Source: Vezdaea acicularis
Taxonomy: Eukaryota
Direction: 5' to 3'
Assembly: GCA_026025075.1 (NCBI GenBank)
Contig: JAPEUI010000121.1
Coordinates: 1-48,421 of the forward strand
DNA: 48,421 nucleotides
In this document: positions 21,284-33,600 of the stretch, in pieces
How the letters are laid out: each line of letters starts with the position of its first letter
Numbering within the stretch: the stretch's first letter is position 1
The notes under the pieces: model-generated
Told to the model about the DNA's origin: nothing
What the model saw: the letters and a program-made list of their open reading frames with translations, nothing else
Database searches by the model: none
Program-made: the position numbers and the translations under genes

Positions 21284-24111
21284 ATGAATCGAGTCAAGTC
21301 GTACTTTGCTCCGCGTTCGAAGCCCGGAGCTCCACCTGCAATCAATCCGACCGGCCTCGAGCTCGACAATGGCCCTCTTTCACCCCCAGCAGCTGCCTAT
21401 CTGCCCAGCGGTGCCTCGTCGAGGCCAGCGTCCATCTACCCAGATGGAGACTTCCGCAATGAGGAAAAGGAGAAGATAGAGGCCTTGCAGGTCAACATGA
21501 TGGCCAATTACCTCTACCAGGACATGATTGAACGGATGTGGTGTAATGAGCACCCGGGTGAGGGCGTGATGATCAAGAAGAGGAGAGGGGATTATACCTG
21601 TTGTCCGGAAGACTTGGAGCATAATGAATTCGGCCTCTACCGGGCTGTGATGGAGATGAACGTCAAGGTGAGCGACGGCAGCCGGCCCCATTGGATCGAC
21701 CCTTGATGCATCATTGCTGACCACAGTCCCATAGTGTGCGTTGACCGTGAATACGGCCGTGATCAAGCTTTTCGTGGATCGGACAGCAGGAGGAACGATC
21801 CCTCTGTCAAAAGAACTGCGTCTGCAGATCATCCCAACCATCCAGGACCTGCCCAAAGCTCAGAAGCATCACTTTGCTGCCTTCATCGAGGACCTCGGCA
21901 TCCTCGTTGTTTGGGATGATAGCCCAACAAACATCATTGCCCGGACCGCGGCGTTGGAAGAGAGGCTGTTGAAGATGGTCTGGGAGGATGATCACGACGA
22001 GAAGCCAATGCCAGCCACCAAGGAAGAGGGGAACGAGCCCGAAGTCACCGTCTCCGAAGTGGACTACGATGCCGAGGTAGCGAGAGAAACGAAACGTCCC
22101 ACTCGACTGATCGATCCCATCTGCGTCGCGCTCACTCTCATGTTGCTCATCGGTGCGATGGGTTTCGGTTTCCGGAACCTTGCCTATGAAGTCATGCTGG
22201 ATGGAAATTACATTCGCCTTGCCTTGGTCCTGTACACTCCCGTAACAGCCTTCCTATCCCTGGTGAGTGCCATCCGACTACATCTCTTTGATTCTAGCTA
22301 ACAGGCGGCAAGTTCTTTATGCAGGTCATTGTTGGCAACTTATTCCAGATCTTTGGTCCCGTCGGGCAGGTCCAAGAAAACTCGAACATTTATTCAGCGA
22401 AGAAGCCTACTCGCCTGATCCGGAGCCGTGGTGCATTCCCTCATGTGACGATTCAATGCCCTGTTTACAAGGAAGGTCTTCATTCCGTCATCGAGCCGAC
22501 TGTGATGTCCATCAAGCAAGCCATCTCAACATATGAAATGCAGGGAGGGACGGCCAACATCTTCATCAATGACGACGGCATGCAATTGATCAGCAGTGAT
22601 GAGGCCATGGAGAGGAGGGAGTTCTACGACGAGCACAACATTGGTTGGGTTTCCCGTCCAAAGCACAACCCCAACCCGACCGATGGCTCCAGACCCTTCT
22701 TGAGAAGGGGAAAGTTCAAGAAAGCGTCCAACATGAACTATGCTCTCATGATCAGCAACAAAGTTGAGGATTTGCTCGTGAACGTGAACCGACCCCAGAG
22801 CTGGACACAAGACCAGGAGAAAGCGCTGTACGAAGAATGCCTTCAGGACGTCCTTCTGCAAGAGGAGGGACGGGCACAGGCTGCTGGTAACATCCGAATG
22901 GGAGACTACGTTCTCCTTATTGACTCCGACACGCGCGTCCCTTCAGACTGCTTGCTCGATGCGGCGAGTGAGATGGAGCACTCACCTGAGGTCGCCATCA
23001 TCCAGTTTTCTTCCGGTGTCATGCAAGTCGCAAACGACTACTTTGAGAACGGTGTCACTTTCTTTACTAACCTTATCTATTCGGCCATCAAATATACGGT
23101 TTCGGGAGGAGGCGTCTGCCCTTTCGTAGGGCATAATGCCATTCTTCGATGGAAAGCCTTGCAGGAAGTCGTCTTTGAAGATGAGGATGGATACGAAAAA
23201 TTCTGGTCCGAAAGCCACGTGTCTGAGGATTTCGATATGGCTCTGAGATTGCAAGTCGCTGGCTACATCATTCGTCTAGCATCTTACACCGGTGAAGGTT
23301 TCAAAGAAGGGGTCTCCCTGACCGTATACGATGAGCTTGCGAGGTGGGAAAAATACGCTTACGGCTGTAACGAGCTTCTTTTCCACCCTATTCGTTACTG
23401 GGTCACGCGTGGACCCTTTACACCCCTTTTCCGTAAATTCCTCGGCTCCAACATTCGCATCACCAGCAAGATTGCGATTCTCGGCTACATTGGTACTTAC
23501 TACGCTATCGGAGCCGCTTGGATCTTGACCCTCGCCAACTATTTCATCATCGGCTGGTGGAATGGCTATGAAGACAAGTTTTATCTCGAATCGTTCCGAG
23601 TCTATATCTCCATCGTCGTAGTCTTCAACGGTCTCGGCAACGTGGCCTTGGCTGCGATGCGGTACCGATTAGAGGAGAAGTCGTTCTTTGGTGCTTGTGA
23701 GTATTATCTGTCTCTTACCTATAAGCACGACATACTGATAGAAGGAATCTAGTGATCGAAAATTTCAAATGGGTCCTCATGTTTACCATCTTCCTCGGAG
23801 GCCTCTCACTACATGTCTCTCAAGCCCTCCTCTCCCACATGTTCGGCTTCAACATGTCGTGGGGCGCGACCGCCAAAGAAGTTGAGAACACCACCTTCTT
23901 CGAAGAGGCGCCTAAGGTCCTGAGGCAATTCAAAGGAACCTTCATCTTCTGTTTTGGCTGTATCGCCATGATTATTGCGGGCGCCTGCTTCGCACCTCCT
24001 TTCTGGCGCATCATCGGCGTGACTAGTATCTTCCCCCTGGCCATGATCGTGTTTTGCCATCTGATGCTGCCGATCGTCTTGAACCCGCCTTTGATGAAGT
24101 TCACCTTCTAA
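21284..24111 (+). CDS. Membrane-integral family-2 glycosyltransferase (Glyco_trans_2_3 type), ~884 aa; exons 21284-21667, 21735-22262, 22313-23696, 23753-24111
   Basis: Processive GT2 motifs CPVYKE, NDDG, KKASNMN, IDSD, GHNA, SEDF and ELARW; transmembrane segments on both sides; three introns restore the frame. Confidence 0.92.
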
Positions 24112-24480
24112 GGCAATCACCATCGCTTCAAAACATTTTCTTTTCTCAAAAATGGACATATGCATGAGGATCGGGTTGATATGTATAGCTTCTCTAGATA
24201 TGGGACATCGCTGGTTCGGGCTTTCACTTTTTCTCTTGCTCTGAGGGTTTAGAAATAGATAGGGATGGAGTCTTGCGACTGGGAGAGGAGCCTTCTTTCT
24301 TCAACCATCAGGCGTTCTAGCGGGAAGAATGGATCTGCAAGAGAGACAACCCCCCCGCCACGATGACTTAGACGACAAGCGGGTTTACTAAATAGCATAG
24401 CGACCTTTAATATTAATCATAAATCAAAATGGCATACAAAATCTCCATCACGTCGAGGATATCACAGTGTTATCTCTTGC

Positions 24481-24969
24481 TCACCCTTTCCATCCATCCA
24501 CACCATCTCTGACATTTCCATCCAGCTCTACCTTGCCCCTGACCACGCTCTCATACTCATTTAGCCTTACGGCCCCAGCGTCCCACATCAAGGTGGCTTG
24601 CACCCGTACCTCTCCTCGATCCGGCCCATGGCCAGCCACATAGCCGATCACATTGACCCAAGTACCGATATCAGTATTGGAGAACGGAATGGAGGGTAAG
24701 CAGAGCTCGATGTCTGTGGACGCGAAGGGTTGGGCAGCCGCAGAGGAAGCGGTGGGTAGGGCTGAGAGGGTATGCGTGAGGACCAGCGTTGCCATCCTGA
24801 CATTGTAGCTCTGGATGCTAGACAGTGTGAACGGTAAGGCATGGCTTGAGGGAGTCTAGATGACCTACCAGCCTAGGAAACGGACCTTGGTCCGTACCGG
24901 CAGGCTTGGGAGATCGGAAAGGAACACCAGTTGGGACGGTGGCGGGGCGCTCGATCCTGCCGCCGCCAT
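24481..24969 (-). CDS. TEN1: CST complex subunit Ten1 (OB fold), ~145 aa; exons 24969-24869, 24817-24481
   Basis: PPPSQLVFLSDL..KVRFLGC|IQSY (intron 24818-24868), IGTWVNVIGYV and VQATLMWDAG are typical of fungal Ten1. Confidence 0.85.
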
Positions 24970-25081
24970 CTTGACTTTTCTTTTATCGGGGCATTTTCTT
25001 GTTGGATCAAGAGCATCATGAGACCGGAATAATGGTCAAGTTTTACGGTGGGGGCTGGCTTGTAGAGTTCCGTATGGCAGA

Positions 25082-25089
25082 CACGTGAC
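25082..25089 (+). promoter_or_regulatory. CACGTGAC E-box (Cbf1-type bHLH site) in the divergent TEN1/SNF7 region
   Basis: Exact CACGTGAC about 113 bp upstream of the TEN1 ATG; the same octamer occurs at 31048-31055 upstream of FHL1. Function is inferred only. Confidence 0.35.
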
Positions 25090-25709
25090 GAGAAGTACCC
25101 AACCCGACAGAAATTGCTTGAATTCCGCGATTCTTCAAGAAATATTTGGTATGAGGCATTTCAGTGACTGGATACAGAGCATTAATGTAACCTTATGCCA
25201 ATGGGAGGAGGGCGATGGGTTGCTGACTCCAGGAGTTGCGCCGTGGGGGGTGGGGGACCTGCGGCATTCGTCATTGTTCAAGCGTGTAACGCTCAGGTGG
25301 TGCATTACTGTCATAGGTCCGCTCGTCCTCTTTACACTTCAACGACCAAATATCAAGGCAACCAACGGCTACTCGACTACAGCTCAACTCACATATACAG
25401 CTACTGCAGTTTCTATACGAAAGCTCAAATATACATCTCGCTGCTGCGTCCCAGGATTTTGAGCGGGATAGGGTGGGCCGGGCTCCACAGCGACCGATAA
25501 CGGCCAAGGCATTGAGATTGGGCAAAGGAGTTCTCTCAACGACTCTCTTTAAAAGTTCCACCCTGCTATCTGACTGCGCTCCTCGAATCCTAGCCTAGAT
25601 CCAGATCTGGACCACTCTTGTGGTTTTACGACTTGCTGGCTTTGCCTTTACATCGGCTCGTGCCGACGTACAGCACTTCCCGTATCTCCTTTGCTCTGCA
25701 TAACTCAAG

Positions 25710-26701
25710 ATGTCAGGGCTATGGTCGTACTTCGGGGGTGGAGCCGCACAAAAGCGGAAAGAGGCGCCACGGGAAGCTATCTTAGGTTTGAGGACGCAGC
25801 TAGAGATGTTGCAGAAGAGGCAGAAGCATCTAGAAGCTCAGATTGATGCGCAGAACGAGGTGGCGAAGAAGAACGTCACTACGAATAAGAATGGTGAGTT
25901 GTTTAGTAGACGGATAAACGTAGAAGGGTCTTGATCGGGGCGCTGTCTGGAGAATTATTCGCGGAAGGGGTTATCTAAACTTGGGTGACTTCTTTTACTC
26001 CTATTCACTTTACTGACGTAGCATCTCTATCTATATAGCCGCAAAGGCAGCTCTCAAACGAAAGAAGCAGCATGAACATACCCTCGAGCAGACCGAAGGA
26101 CAGATTGGCACACTCGAGCAGCAAATATATTCCATCGAAGCCGCGAATATCAACCAAGAAACGTTGAAAGCGATGGAAAAGGCTGGAAAAGCGATGAAGC
26201 ACATACATGGCGACTTGACGATCGACAAAGTGGACGATACCATGTACTCATACCGTGTTTTTTTTGCCCTTCAATACCAACTAATCCCCATGGGTGCGAT
26301 TACTAATGCAACTTTTCTTTCTCAGGGAAAAACTCCGGGAACAGCACGCCTTGGGCGAAGAGATCGCTGCGGCCATGACCTCTGTCCCTATCGGTGAAGC
26401 GATCGACGAAGACGAATTAGAGACAGAGCTCGAGGGCCTAGAGCAAGAAGCGCTCGATGAGAAGATGTTGAAGACAGGCACGGTGCCAGTGTCGGATAGG
26501 GTACACCAGCTGCCCGCGGGAGTGAACGGTGAACGTGAGTACCCCACTCGCGCTCCTTTCTTTTTGTATATGGGGTGGAGTTAAGGACGCTTTGGCTAAT
26601 GAGATGGCACAATAGTGAAGGGAAAGGCTACCGCGTCGCGAGAGGAAGAGGACGAGGAGGCGGAGTTGGCGAAGTTGCAGGCGGAGATGATGGCGTCGTA
26701 A
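25710..26701 (+). CDS. SNF7: ESCRT-III subunit Snf7/Vps32, ~227 aa; exons 25710-25893, 26039-26243, 26326-26534, 26616-26701
   Basis: MSGLWSYFGG..AILGLRTQLEMLQKR, AALKRKK, IEAANINQETL, IDEDELETELEGLEQE and C-terminal DEEAELAKLQAEM; three canonical introns. Confidence 0.95.
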
Positions 26702-27286
26702 TTCTGGTTGGGGCTAGATTGTAACCTCGTCGTTTTGTTCTCCCTCATAGTAGCGCCCCTTTTTTCAACTCTCAATTGGCGTTTCTCTAGTTTGATGGAG
26801 CATACGAACGCTCTTGCATGGGTTTGTGATCTCGCCCGGCCGGTGTTGGCGGGGAGGGGGGCGCGATGGGATGCGATGCTGGCAGGTGCAGGAGACAGAT
26901 GGTCTCTTTCCATCCTAGATTTCAAGATCTCGAAGACGAATGGAACGGCGCATATATCAGATAGTACTGTTCACATTGGGATCTCCCCTGAGCTCGCTCG
27001 TAGGCGGCGTGACCATATCTAAGGAGGTCACTCACTCGCTCATGCCAGCGTGACAAGCGCTTTACATCGAAGACGTCGTCGTCTCGACGTACGTACAGAA
27101 GCCAGACTTCTCGTTCCAACCTACGCCCCTTTCAAAGCCAACCAAGACGTGAACACCACCCCCCTCTCCCAGCAACCCTGCACGCTATCGACGGAAGCCA
27201 GCCGATACAGTTCCTCCAAGATCATGTACGAGCACGGGTATCTAAGCCAACCAAATATGCCGCCACCCATCCTATGCACCAAAACC

Positions 27287-30200
27287 CTAAGTCCTTGCTG
27301 CCTCCGTCATCGATCTCGTTCGTTTCGGCTCCGGCCCCACGATGGCCGTATCCTTTTCTATTTCCATGGCGGCTGTCTCTCTCGCACGCTTGGTACCCGC
27401 GACTGATGTGGTGGGCGGATCTGGCGATGCGGAAGCGCCGTTAGTTCTGGCTTCGCTGCTAGCTTGAGCTTGCTCTGCTGTCGTTGATGGTGCTGCGACT
27501 GAGGTAGCCGGAGCTGCAGCCGATATGGGACCTTCGCCATTGGGGAGAGATGTACCGTTAACTTTCACCTGATTTGCCGAAGTAGGCCGAGCGCTAGTAG
27601 TAGCTGGAGGCCCTCTTCGCTGGATTCCCTGTAAAAGTAGAAGCAGCTGTGCCGGTGCATTCTGGTTGCTTGGTGCTGCATTGTTTGATTTTGCTTGAGT
27701 CAAAGCTGAGGGCTGCGGTGGCGGCGGCGGAGGGGCCTGTGCAGCGGGTGATTGCCGAGCGCCTTGGTTCTGGCGTGCATTCCTAGTCTCGCGGACGTTC
27801 CGAAGCATTCCACTAAGAGCCTTCATGAAGATCTCCTCTTGTGGGTCCTCAGGCTGGCCTTCGGGGGTGTACGTGGACTTTTTCGAGATGCCGAGAACGC
27901 GGTTGATAGCGCTTTGGACTAAGATCTCAGCACGGGGGTTATTGGGCATAGACTTGGTTAGGGCATTCTTGAAATCGGAGATGGCGGTCAGGACATCGTT
28001 TGGCTGAGCGGCTGGGCCCCGTCCATTGCTCGATTGTCGGGGTTGTGGAGGGCGAGAGGATGCAGATTGATGTGGCCTTGAATGTGCTAAAGCAACATTG
28101 ACGGAAGCGGGTGCCGGAGGGGGTGGATTATCGTGTGGATGTTGATAGGTCTCCTGGAAAGGACGCTGGTGCCACTCGGATGGCAGACCTGCACCAGGAG
28201 CAACGTCCTGTTGGAGCAGGCCTGCAGAGGCGCTACTGATATTAGGACCAGCTGATACGATCTGCGGATGTGGATGGAAACCCTGGCTCATGGGTGGATA
28301 CTGCAAATGATGTTGAGGTGGAGGTAGCGGAGGGGATGCGCGCTTTCTTCTCTCTTTCTCGATGGAAACGCCCTCCACGATACCCCATAACCAACCTTTG
28401 CCATCCCGTTGGATTTTTTGGAAGGCTAGATGCTGAGAGAGGTTGTGTCTGACACTGCTTTGCCATCCAGTGGTTTGAACTCGGAGTTTATAGAATGGAT
28501 ATCGACGCTCAATTGCACGGTAGATTTGGGGTAGAGTCATTGCACCGCTTGGCGAGTTACTCAAAGCTTCGTAAATCAATACAACATAGGAGGACTGCGG
28601 CTTTTGAAGTTGTTCCGGAGTAAGTGTAGACTCGTCAAAGACAGGCGACGGCGAACGGGGAGGCTTGGGAGGTTTTGGAGGCTTCTTTTCTTTGGGAGGT
28701 TTTACTTCGAAATGTTGCCCAGCTATCTCTCCACTTATTCTAGTTTGTTCAAATTGTGCGTCTGCTGTTTTCCTCTTAGTGTACTTTCGCTTCTCAGGCT
28801 TGACAGCAGGGATTTCGAGAGCGGGGATCTTGCGAGGACGGCCGACTTTTCCTTTCGTTGCTTGCGGTGCAGCGATTGTTTTCTGTGCTTTTGCCTTGAG
28901 TAATTTTTCTTGTTCTCGCTGCTGTCGCTTTGACATGATTCCGTTCTTAGGCGGTCTGCCAGGCCCTCTTTTGATTGGAGGTGGGGGAGGTTGCGGCGGT
29001 TCCTCCTCCTCCTCCTCCTCCTCCTCCTCTTCCTCACCATTCTCTTCGACTGGACTGGAAATTGTTGCAACTCCATCATGAGCTAACTCTTCTTCCTCGT
29101 CTGTCTCTACTTCGTCATTTTCATCATCCTCATCTTCCATAGGATTTTCGCTGTCTTCCATCTCAATGCTTTCGCCTTGTTCGTTTTCAAAGGTGAAGCT
29201 CATGCCTTCTTCGCCGGCCCCAGTGTGGGAACCTTCAGCACCCGTCTCACCAAGGGCAACGTCAGGAAGGACAAATCTCACCCCAACACCCCCAATCTGA
29301 ATAAAGCTGCCACTTTTCAGCGGCCGCACCTCTCCTGGGGCATGCCAATGGTCATCTACGAAGGCACCGTTCTTTCCGAGAACTTTGACCTCGAAAAGAC
29401 GTTTGTCAAAATTATACGCAATCCTAACGTGTTTGCGGGAGATGCCCTTATGACCCGCACCACTACCAGAAGCTTCTGTCGGTGGGTGGATTGGTATGAT
29501 TGGACATTCATCAGGAGAGGGCAACAGGGATCGCGGGTCGACTGGGTGGGCTCCAGCAGTCAAATTCTGGATTGACGACATAGCCAGCGCTTGGTAATTT
29601 GTCTGGGCTCCTGAATACATGACCGAGTCTCCACGTAACATCCTTTGAGATGATGAACTTGTTGACTTTGATTTCTTGTCCCCCCTTCGACTTCTTTTCC
29701 TTTTTCTGGGCTCATCGGCTCTTTGTGAACCCAGTCCCATTATGCCTCCACTTTCACTCATGACGCTTCCCCCAAGCCGTGTACTTTCATCTTGCTTTAC
29801 TCGCGATGGCGTGTGAGACAGGTTGCCGCCACTGGAGCTACCTCGCCTGATTTCACCATTTTGCCTTTCTGGCATGACCTCATTCTTAAAGGCTTGTCGA
29901 GCCGCTCGAACGTCTCGCCCTAGCTCAACCGCGTATGTGTTCATGTAGAATTGGCCATCGTCAAACTCTAACTTTGCGAAAGCTTGTATTCGTGGAGCAT
30001 CTGCCTCCCGGATTGATGGTGATGACTCCAAGTAAGGCCCCTTCGTCGCCATGGTGTCACCGTTTAGAAGAGATAGCGGTGGTGTTGTTGTTGTTGTTAT
30101 TGGTGTGTCAACGACGTGCACAAAACCTGTGGGTTGCTTAAAGCTGTGGGCGGCGATTGATGCATCATGGAGGTGATTGGTCGTTTTGTCGTTAGGAAGC

Positions 30201-30676
30201 TCTTCTGAGAGTTGAAGTCCGTCGTCGATGGTGGATGGAAGCAGTGAGGTGGCTTGGGGTTGAGGCAGGGCCGATGAGCCGTTCTTTCGCCAGTCCGCGG
30301 TAGCGGATTGGGAGGTTGGAAAGTCTCTGTCTTGATGTTCGGTGCCGATTTGCGACAAGATCGAAAATGCAACAGATTGCGCTTCTGAACCCTCGACAAG
30401 TTTCTCGAGTACCTCTTGATTCTCACCGCCTTCGTGAACGAAGACCTTGTGCTTTTGCGCGGATGAACCTCCTCTCTTCATAGGTCCCGTACCTTCATTG
30501 TCAATCTGGAGGATGTTATAGCTTGGGGAAAAGCTTTTTGCTGAACGCGTAGCCGTGTCTTCATGTTCAGGTGTATGGTCCTCATAAGTGTTTGTGTTCT
30601 CGTCTTTTGCGCCCCCCAACATTTCTGCCGAAGTTGACGTTTTGGGAGCAACGTGACTAGCCTGGTTCACTTCCAT
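27287..30676 (-). CDS. FHL1: FHA + forkhead transcription factor of the Fhl1 type, 1129 aa, intronless
   Basis: IQAFAKLEFDDGQFYM..LGR / ISRKHVRIAYNF..GKNGAFVD (FHA); AT-hook-like KRGPGRPPK and GRPRK; forkhead KPQSSYVVLIYEAL..WQSSVRHNLS..W. Confidence 0.9.
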   Translation of the reverse strand: MEVNQASHVAPKTSTSAEMLGGAKDENTNTYEDHTPEHEDTATRSAKSFSPSYNILQIDNEGTGPMKRGGSSAQKHKVFVHEGGENQEVLEKLVEGSEAQSVAFSILSQIGTEHQDRDFPTSQSATADWRKNGSSALPQPQATSLLPSTIDDGLQLSEELPNDKTTNHLHDASIAAHSFKQPTGFVHVVDTPITTTTTPPLSLLNGDTMATKGPYLESSPSIREADAPRIQAFAKLEFDDGQFYMNTYAVELGRDVRAARQAFKNEVMPERQNGEIRRGSSSGGNLSHTPSRVKQDESTRLGGSVMSESGGIMGLGSQRADEPRKRKRSRRGDKKSKSTSSSSQRMLRGDSVMYSGAQTNYQALAMSSIQNLTAGAHPVDPRSLLPSPDECPIIPIHPPTEASGSGAGHKGISRKHVRIAYNFDKRLFEVKVLGKNGAFVDDHWHAPGEVRPLKSGSFIQIGGVGVRFVLPDVALGETGAEGSHTGAGEEGMSFTFENEQGESIEMEDSENPMEDEDDENDEVETDEEEELAHDGVATISSPVEENGEEEEEEEEEEEEPPQPPPPPIKRGPGRPPKNGIMSKRQQREQEKLLKAKAQKTIAAPQATKGKVGRPRKIPALEIPAVKPEKRKYTKRKTADAQFEQTRISGEIAGQHFEVKPPKEKKPPKPPKPPRSPSPVFDESTLTPEQLQKPQSSYVVLIYEALSNSPSGAMTLPQIYRAIERRYPFYKLRVQTTGWQSSVRHNLSQHLAFQKIQRDGKGWLWGIVEGVSIEKERRKRASPPLPPPQHHLQYPPMSQGFHPHPQIVSAGPNISSASAGLLQQDVAPGAGLPSEWHQRPFQETYQHPHDNPPPPAPASVNVALAHSRPHQSASSRPPQPRQSSNGRGPAAQPNDVLTAISDFKNALTKSMPNNPRAEILVQSAINRVLGISKKSTYTPEGQPEDPQEEIFMKALSGMLRNVRETRNARQNQGARQSPAAQAPPPPPPQPSALTQAKSNNAAPSNQNAPAQLLLLLQGIQRRGPPATTSARPTSANQVKVNGTSLPNGEGPISAAAPATSVAAPSTTAEQAQASSEARTNGASASPDPPTTSVAGTKRARETAAMEIEKDTAIVGPEPKRTRSMTEAART
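29001..29035 (-). repeat. (GAG)n microsatellite encoding poly-Glu in FHL1
   Basis: (TCC)9 followed by TCTTCCTC on the plus strand; 12 consecutive Glu in the translation. Confidence 0.9.
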
Positions 30677-33600
30677 GTTGCGAGTGATGTTGGACAGTCA
30701 AGCGGCAATGACGCCCTTGATGCAACATGAGGATGGGTAGGGTAGGCTGAATATTTATTTGATAGTGGAGTGGACCTCTAAACCTTGAACACGATTTTGC
30801 TCGGATCGCCAATCCACGGCAGATTGTGGGTATGTTTGCACAGGATTTTGAATTATTTTTGCACAGTCCAGCCGAGCTCGAAGCCCAAACACGTGTGAAA
30901 ATCCATGGATGAGCGAATAACCCCCATCCAATAACGAGCCCCGGGTCCCAAAGGACCTTGCCAATTCCCGTCTAAAATACGCAGTATGTATTCCTGGGGC
31001 ACTCTCCTGTAATGTCAAAGTTTCTACCATCAGGCTTGACTATACAACACGTGACTGATAGCTTTTTGCTACTTTGGGCTGCTGCCGGATCCTGTATTCG
31101 GGGCTACCTAATATGGGACAGTTCAGGAAGAAGAATAGGAGAGACATTGTATTGCAGCAATCACAGTTCAATTCTAGAAGACTCGGCGTTTTCTAAACAC
31201 CAGAGCTGACCATTGAAGCTTCCCATCCAATCAAGCCGGCTTGATGAGATCGGGCGTCCAAAATGTTCTTCGGGTCATCAAAGCATGATGAACGACCCAG
31301 AAGCACGATCACGTACTTTTCATATGGCTTTCCCGGATGAATGTCACTGCGTTCAGACGTTGCGCGGATGGTCTACTCGACATCGCCTCCCCTGAAACAA
31401 TGGTGTTCTCAATAGTATTCATGGGGAAGATCGTAGCAACAACGGCCTGTATCCAATCAACATGATACCTAGTCGGAAGAGAGTACTTTAGGACACATCG
31501 GGCTTCATGTATCACAATGAGGTGAGCGCAATATTTGTCCGTCTACGCTCGTACTCTGTGAACTGTAAGGGCTTGATATGCTCCGAAAGTTCAGCTAATG
31601 CTGTTCTGCAGTAATAGGACCTCGAGGGCGCCTACATCACCACGAAACTTTAAATTTAGACCTTGAAACAGCTGGGGCGATAACAATAGTTGTACTTTTA
31701 GAATCTACGCCGCTTGTGAAGATCAGAGCAGCGGCTGCTGAAACAGTTCGGCATCGGCTAACTTTAGATTGACGCCTACCTGGCAGCCGCGCCCCTTGCG
31801 CCTGACGGGCTAAGCGCGCCAGCGGTTAAACGCAGTAACAGGCATCCACGCTCAGCGCAGTGTTGGATGAACGGCACTGGAAGGCCCCGTGATATGCCGG
31901 TTCATTCACTTGTCCCTCGCGATGGTCCCCTTTATGACCGAGTAGGACCTCATCTCCATTTCGTTTCGGGCCATCACAGCGACGGTAGACCTACGGGTCA
32001 AGGTCCGTCGGTTGGCTCGTCCGAACGGACCAGCGCCAGGCTTGTCGAGTTAGATAGGTTACAGGATCAGGTTCCCGACCGCAGAAAGAGGGGCCCGCAA
32101 TGCTGGATGGAGGAAAATGTCCGATCTTCCGTGGGTTGGGATGCACCGCCGGCTACTCTGTCGATGCAGCCATGCGGCACAGCAATTCTCACATTCTCAC
32201 CTCAGCAGCTCCGCACCTGTCACTCTGTTCATGCCGGTGTGAGCTTGCATTTCAGCTGGTCTCACGATTCCAGCTCCGGTGATTGGTCTCGACCTCGGAC
32301 CAGGAGCATGATGATGAGCCAACTTGAAAAAGCTTGTTTCCTCCGCGGCGGAGGAGGGCGACGCAAACTCCAGCCGTCAAAGCACATGTGCGGCGAATGC
32401 AGACTTGTTCCTCCGATCAGCTGGAGTTCATTGGCTCCTTCCAAGCAACGATCTCAACCTAGTGGCTCGACAACGGTCGACGCGGACGACGACAACGCAA
32501 ATGTGGCCCGGGGACTTTGCGTCGTGCGGCCGCTGGTCCTTTAAGTCCGGGGGGTTGGTGGGTCGACTGCAACGCCGTTGGATACGATTCGTCTCCGACG
32601 TTGGATCGACAAGGCTGTCCTAAGCCGTCCCGCTCGCTCGTTAGCCTTTCCCTTCCCCTGTTTGCGCCTCGTCCCACCTCCTTCGCTCCCGCGTCAGACG
32701 AGGACCAGCCGTCAAGGGAACATGCCGTCGACGCTAACAAGCGCCGCTATGAGGGAGTTCTCGACAGGATATCTTGGGATTGGACGACCACGGTTTCGTC
32801 AGATCCATTCTTCGGCCGCATGCTGGCTGCGAGGGCTTGAGCGAGGGCTTGCGGGCCGCGATGGCGACGATAGGCACATCCCGGACCCACGATATGGCGA
32901 TACGGTCGAGTGGAGATGACGTGCGTTTCAGAAGGGCACGCGAAGCAGAGAGAGGCAGAAAGGGGAGGCATCGACAAGACCGGTATTTGTCATTCCTCTT
33001 CTGCTCTGCCCATCTGGCATGTCACCATCAGACTACACCCGATCCTCATCTAGCGCGTTGGCTTCGCCGGGTGGACCCCGTCATGCGACATTACCCCTAC
33101 TCGGCGACACTGCTTGGCGGAGTGTCGCTCCGTGCGGTCGACTGCCAGCCAAGACGAGAGCGGATGAAGGTTGTCTCCGTCTTGGGTAACGATGGGGGCG
33201 GTGGTCACAATGGGTCTGGTCGGCCAATACAGTTCCGCCGGATGCTCACTAATTCTACAGGAGCAGCCGTGGAGTCGTCAGCTTTGGGCGATCCCTTTGG
33301 ACTGCGTCTGAATACGCTTGGCCGGGACGACTAATGAAAGGCGCAAGGAACGGGAGGGTGGGCTGAATATGGCGAGATGATGAATCGGCCGCACGGCCTC
33401 CGTCGGGGCCTCGTCGTGTGCTTGGCTCTAAGGTCCGGTGCTCATTGAAGCTCTGCGCCCAAGGATCGCCAGCATGCTCCGCCCGGCAACCATTTCGTGC
33501 CTTTATTAGTCCCAACACCACAGAGACGGAGGAATACCGGCGCTGGTTGGCCGTCGAAGGGGTCGAGGAATAAGCTGCCAGCGGATGGAGGCACAGCGGG

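Noticed and set aside
25149..25232. Possible plus-strand intron between TEN1 and SNF7
   Set aside because: Branch site lies only 3 nt from the AG and no coherent ORF results.
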